Source: Clostridium sp. (lineage in GTDB: Bacteria > Bacillota > Clostridia > Clostridiales > Clostridiaceae). From it: 64,000 nucleotides of DNA. The notes under the pieces are model-generated. The model was not told the DNA's origin. It ran no database searches and worked only from the letters and a program-made list of their open reading frames with translations. The translations under genes and the position numbers were made by a program. This document shows positions 60,462 to 64,000 of this stretch, in pieces. Location of the stretch: NCBI GenBank assembly GCA_028692255.1, contig JAQUXS010000001.1:38229-102228 (forward strand). Reading direction: 5' to 3'. Position 1 is the first letter of the stretch; each line of letters opens with the position of its first letter.

Positions 60462-60947
60462 CTAATATAAGCTAGCTTGTCTATTAGAAGTTACTAAATT
60501 TTCATTAAGAAAGGTATTTTCTATTATATCATCACTAAGACCAAGGTTCTCACCAAGGCACAAAAAATCTTCAAAAAGGGTTATATAGGTATCAAGTGAT
60601 GAGCATATAATAAAATCATTTGTATCAATAAATAAGTCCAAAAATTGATCTGTTAAATTATTTTCCGTGTTTACGTCTGAAAGTTCTATGTCATTAAAAT
60701 TTTTATCAAGACCGATGCTTAATATAAAGTGGAGACAATCAATATATTCTTCTACAATAAGTTCATTTGCAGATGATTTTTCATTACTCCAATATTTAAA
60801 ACAGCGTGTTTTATTTGCAAGCTCTGCAAGTTTAACTTGTAGGGCAAGGGCTTTCTCAGAAAAAAGTGATTCATCTTTTAGATGGTGTTCCTTTATGATT
60901 ACACTATCTAATCTCCTCTGCAAATCGAATAGTTTGTTAAGATTCAT
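60462..60947 (-). CDS. Dimeric (all-alpha) dUTPase-like protein with degenerate motifs
   Basis: LFDLQ..LD, RCFKYWS, EEYIDCLHF, terminal RQ...Y. Confidence 0.8.
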   Translation of the reverse strand: MNLNKLFDLQRRLDSVIIKEHHLKDESLFSEKALALQVKLAELANKTRCFKYWSNEKSSANELIVEEYIDCLHFILSIGLDKNFNDIELSDVNTENNLTDQFLDLFIDTNDFIICSSLDTYITLFEDFLCLGENLGLSDDIIENTFLNENLVTSNRQASLY

Positions 60948-61100
60948 TTTAAAGCCGCCTTTCTTTAACAATTAGTGCACTAAATCTATTTTATATTAAA
61001 GTCAGAAATAAAGAAAGATTTGTAAAACGGTTACAATAAAAAAAGTTTACATTTGTAATTTAAGATTAAAAAAGCAACCAAATATTTTACAATTAATAAA

Positions 61101-61133
61101 AGGACTGGCACACTATTATAGTGTGCCAGTCCC
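61101..61133. repeat. REP-like palindrome copy (terminator of larA)
   Basis: GGACTGGCACACTA-TTA-TAGTGTGCCAGTCC. Confidence 0.65.
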
Positions 61134-61146
61134 TAAAAAATATAGT

Positions 61147-62442
61147 TTAGTTTGGTAAAATTGGTAATGTATTTGCAGCATGTGGCATAAGTACTGTTTT
61201 TAAATTTTTGCCTTTTTCGTCATATACTAATTTAAGTGCCTCATCTACAGTTTTAACAACTTTAATATTGGCTTTACCAGCTACTACAGGATCAAGCTTG
61301 TCTGAAACGATTATAAAATTATATTTTGATCCAGTTTCGCATAGAAAATATCCAACATATTTTGATATGCTGTAATCTTCTCTAAGGGCTTTTTCTCTAT
61401 CCAAAACAGTATCATAATTTAAAATGATATTTTGGATATCAGCATTTCCACCTAAACCATCCCTACATTCTGATAAAAGAATTATAGATCCGCCTTCTTT
61501 TGCAACTGTTTTTAGGTTTATTGTAGGTTTTATTGATTGATACAAGTTAATATCTTTTGGATATCCACCTGCAGAGCCTATAACAAGATCAGCCTTAGCT
61601 TTTGTTTCAACTCCATCAATTCTATCAACGAGATCTCTTCCTTTTGCATGAGCTTTTACATAATCACCGGACACTGCACCTACAATGTCACCATTTCCAC
61701 CCATGACAGCATTAAACATAAAAGAAGGTTTTACAAGAGCGGCTGCTTCTAGCATGTCTTTATGCACAGGATTATTTTCAATATTACCGGATCTTACGAA
61801 AGGATTTGAACCTTTACCTAGCTCTTTTGAAAGAGATAAACTGTGATTTGCCATTACAGTTTCATAGCTAGATACACCAGGTAAAATTGTCTTTTTACCA
61901 CCAGACCATCCAACAAGAAGATGATATACTATTGCACCTGTTAATACTATTTTGTCACAGTCCATAACTGTTTTATTAACTTTAACAGGAGTTCCGTAAC
62001 TTGTTGTGCCTAAGTAAACCATATTATCACTGTCTAGTGAATTGTGATCTATAACTTTAAATCTCTTGTATAGATCCTTGCCAAGTAGAAGTTCATGTTC
62101 TTCTTCAGTTTGTTTTCTATGAGTTCCTGTTGCACTGACAAAAATTATATTTTCATCTGGAACGCCACCAAGATTAATTTCATCTACAACTTTAGGTAAA
62201 AAAGTAGAAGTTTTCTGCCATAACCTAGTAGCATCTGGAATTATAATACATACTTTATCAGAAGGTTTAACTATGTCTTTTAATCTTTCAGAACCTATAG
62301 GATTTTCTATAGCTTCTGAAATAACTTCATCTTCTGTTTTTCCGGGATTATAAGGGTTTCCTTTAATGACATCTAGCAGATTTTTTTCATCTACAGAAAC
62401 GTCAACAGTGGAATCACCTAATTGCATATTTACTGTTTTCAT
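61147..62442 (-). CDS. larA: LarA-superfamily nickel-pincer 2-hydroxy acid racemase/epimerase
   Basis: PDATR, ATGTHR, H...GWSGGKK..LPG, ANH, GGYPKDINLYQSIK. Confidence 0.85.
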   Translation of the reverse strand: MKTVNMQLGDSTVDVSVDEKNLLDVIKGNPYNPGKTEDEVISEAIENPIGSERLKDIVKPSDKVCIIIPDATRLWQKTSTFLPKVVDEINLGGVPDENIIFVSATGTHRKQTEEEHELLLGKDLYKRFKVIDHNSLDSDNMVYLGTTSYGTPVKVNKTVMDCDKIVLTGAIVYHLLVGWSGGKKTILPGVSSYETVMANHSLSLSKELGKGSNPFVRSGNIENNPVHKDMLEAAALVKPSFMFNAVMGGNGDIVGAVSGDYVKAHAKGRDLVDRIDGVETKAKADLVIGSAGGYPKDINLYQSIKPTINLKTVAKEGGSIILLSECRDGLGGNADIQNIILNYDTVLDREKALREDYSISKYVGYFLCETGSKYNFIIVSDKLDPVVAGKANIKVVKTVDEALKLVYDEKGKNLKTVLMPHAANTLPILPN

Positions 62443-62472
62443 ATTATAGCCCCCATGTTTGCAAATTGTGAA

Positions 62473-63387
62473 TTAATATACTGGTGTACAATATTTAGCA
62501 TATTTTGGATTTTTACCAGTAGTTATATCAAAGAATAAGTCCTTTATACTATTACAAACTTCACCAGCTTTTCCAGTACCGATTTCTCTGTCATCTACTT
62601 CAACAACAGCAGTTACTTCCATTGCAGTTCCACTAAAGAACATTTCATCGGCAGCGTACATTTCAGTTCTTGTTACGCTTCTTTCTACTACGTCAAGGTG
62701 AAGTTCATTTTTAGCAAGTTCCATAACAGTTTCTCTTGTTATTCCTTCAAGGATGTTGTCACTTGGTGGAGGTGTTATCAATTTACCTTTTTTGAAAATA
62801 AATAAGTTTTCACCAGGTCCCTCACAAAGATGACCATTATTTGTTAGGAATAATGCTTCGTCGTATCCATTTCTCTTTACTTCAAGTGAAGCTAAAGCTG
62901 AGTTAAGGTAAGCAGCAGTTGGTTTTACTCTTGGAGGAAGCATGTTATCTTGAAGTCTCTCCCATGAACTAACAGCAACTTTAAGTTCAGTTTTACCAGT
63001 ATAACTTCCAAGTGGCTGACAGTATATTACAAGCCTATTATCATCATCTAAAAGAGTAGGTCCAAGATCTTCACTGCCTTTATAAGCAACAGGTCTTATA
63101 TAAGTTGTTGTTTTGAAATTATTTTTCTTTAAAAGTTTAAGAGTCATATTGCATAATTCCTCAACTGTATAAGGTATTTCTATATATAAGGTTTTACAGG
63201 ATTGTTTAAATCTCTTATAGTGATCAGCTAGTCTAAAAGCAAAAAGTTGATCATCTTCCTTGCTGTAATATGCTCTGATACCTTCAAAACATCCTAGCCC
63301 ATAGTTAAAAGCCTTACTTCTGATGCTTACACTTACCTCACTTTCTGGTACGATTTCCCCATTGTAAACTACATAAGATTCATTCAT
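62473..63387 (-). CDS. ilvE: Branched-chain amino acid aminotransferase
   Basis: YGLGCFEG, YIRP, PLP Lys in RVKPTAAY, EGPGEN, ILEGITR, SGTA. Confidence 0.93.
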   Translation of the reverse strand: MNESYVVYNGEIVPESEVSVSIRSKAFNYGLGCFEGIRAYYSKEDDQLFAFRLADHYKRFKQSCKTLYIEIPYTVEELCNMTLKLLKKNNFKTTTYIRPVAYKGSEDLGPTLLDDDNRLVIYCQPLGSYTGKTELKVAVSSWERLQDNMLPPRVKPTAAYLNSALASLEVKRNGYDEALFLTNNGHLCEGPGENLFIFKKGKLITPPPSDNILEGITRETVMELAKNELHLDVVERSVTRTEMYAADEMFFSGTAMEVTAVVEVDDREIGTGKAGEVCNSIKDLFFDITTGKNPKYAKYCTPVY

Positions 63388-63420
63388 TAAAAAAGCCCCC
63401 TTAATTAATTTGAAAAAATT

Positions 63421-63480
63421 TTTATAAAAAAAAACAGGTTTACTTTCCCCTATTTTGAGGAAAAACTGTTTTGTTATAAA
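63421..63480 (-). terminator. Intrinsic terminator in the ilvE 5' leader
   Basis: Minus strand AACAGTTTTTCCTC-AAAATA-GGGGAAAGTAAACCTG followed by T9. Confidence 0.55.
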
Positions 63481-63518
63481 CTGTAGTAGGTTGTATTAAT
63501 AATATAACTTTAGGAATA

Positions 63519-63547
63519 AATATACTATTTAAGAAAATGTATGTCAA
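63519..63547 (-). promoter_or_regulatory. SigA promoter of ilvE-larA
   Basis: TTGACA-17-TATATT on the minus strand. Confidence 0.7.
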
Positions 63548-63566
63548 CACATTAAGCGAAATTTTT

Positions 63567-64000
63567 TTAATATTCTTTTAATTTATAAGATTTAAATAAT
63601 ACGCTTTTTTTATTATTTATAGATTTCCAAAGTTCAAAACGGTCTATTTTAATCATTTTTTCCGGAAGTATTTTTTCTATATTTTCTATAATGGTTTTGT
63701 ATTCATTTGAAGACCATTTTCTAGAAGCATAATTTGTATTTGCAATTGAAATATGCAAATCTGAATTAGCAGCATTTTCTTTTATATCAAAACCTGAAAG
63801 TTTTAACCTATCATTTATTTTTTTTGCTATCATTACTAGATAGCCCTTATTTTCAATTTTGAAATTAATAGATTTATATGATGAATCAAAACAAACTACA
63901 CCATTTGCATAAGCTTTGAATTCTTTATACGGTTTAATAATTTCAGATACTATTTTGTCCAATTTATCTATATCTGGATTGTTAATAATTTCAATAGTTA
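63567..64000 (-). CDS. 2H phosphoesterase (2'-5' RNA ligase family), 5' end outside the window
   Basis: Frame stays open to the window edge (..TIEIINNPDIDKLDK); second motif LHIS and FELW strand. Confidence 0.65.
   Translation of the reverse strand, partial: TIEIINNPDIDKLDKIVSEIIKPYKEFKAYANGVVCFDSSYKSINFKIENKGYLVMIAKKINDRLKLSGFDIKENAANSDLHISIANTNYASRKWSSNEYKTIIENIEKILPEKMIKIDRFELWKSINNKKSVLFKSYKLKEY

Noticed and set aside
61020-61036. CcpA cre site upstream of the dUTPase-like gene
   Set aside because: TGTAAAACGGTTACA fits the consensus only with mismatches or a length change; too weak to call

Overview
Low-GC chromosomal window from a Clostridium sensu stricto genome; gene content and order resemble the C. 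acetobutylicum group. From tRNA-Thr(CGT), the first ~24 kb is an accessory cell-envelope region. It holds an NlpC/P60-SH3b hydrolase, a Bce-type two-component/ABC module, a decayed ArnT-like gene, a two-gene MshEN-GT2 + GT-C glycosylation operon, alsS, a YkcB-like GT39, two PAP2 phosphatases, a deacetylase, a Zn-type ABC operon whose binding protein carries an in-frame TAA, and a CHASE4-GGDEF-HD-GYP protein. Core genes follow: abrB, reverse rubrerythrin, purA, four tRNAs, dnaD with a helicase loader, cinA, SAM-I-controlled metF, a MacAB-like exporter, the fab/acc operon, ldh, topB, a membrane MutS-like ATPase, a nucleotidase, an S8 protease, a dimeric dUTPase-like gene and ilvE-larA. I saw no CRISPR array, integrase, transposase or prophage. 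The best leads are an ACG codon at the optimal start position of dnaD, a ~340-bp heptamer-repeat inverted-repeat element between cinA and metF, a terminator inside the ilvE-larA leader, the MshEN-GT2 operon with a Spo0A box, a PurR-box-preceded flavoprotein co-transcribed with purA, an unannotated 29-aa membrane peptide, a dispersed REP-like palindrome family and a probably inactive dUTPase. All calls are by eye from motifs; no searches were run.
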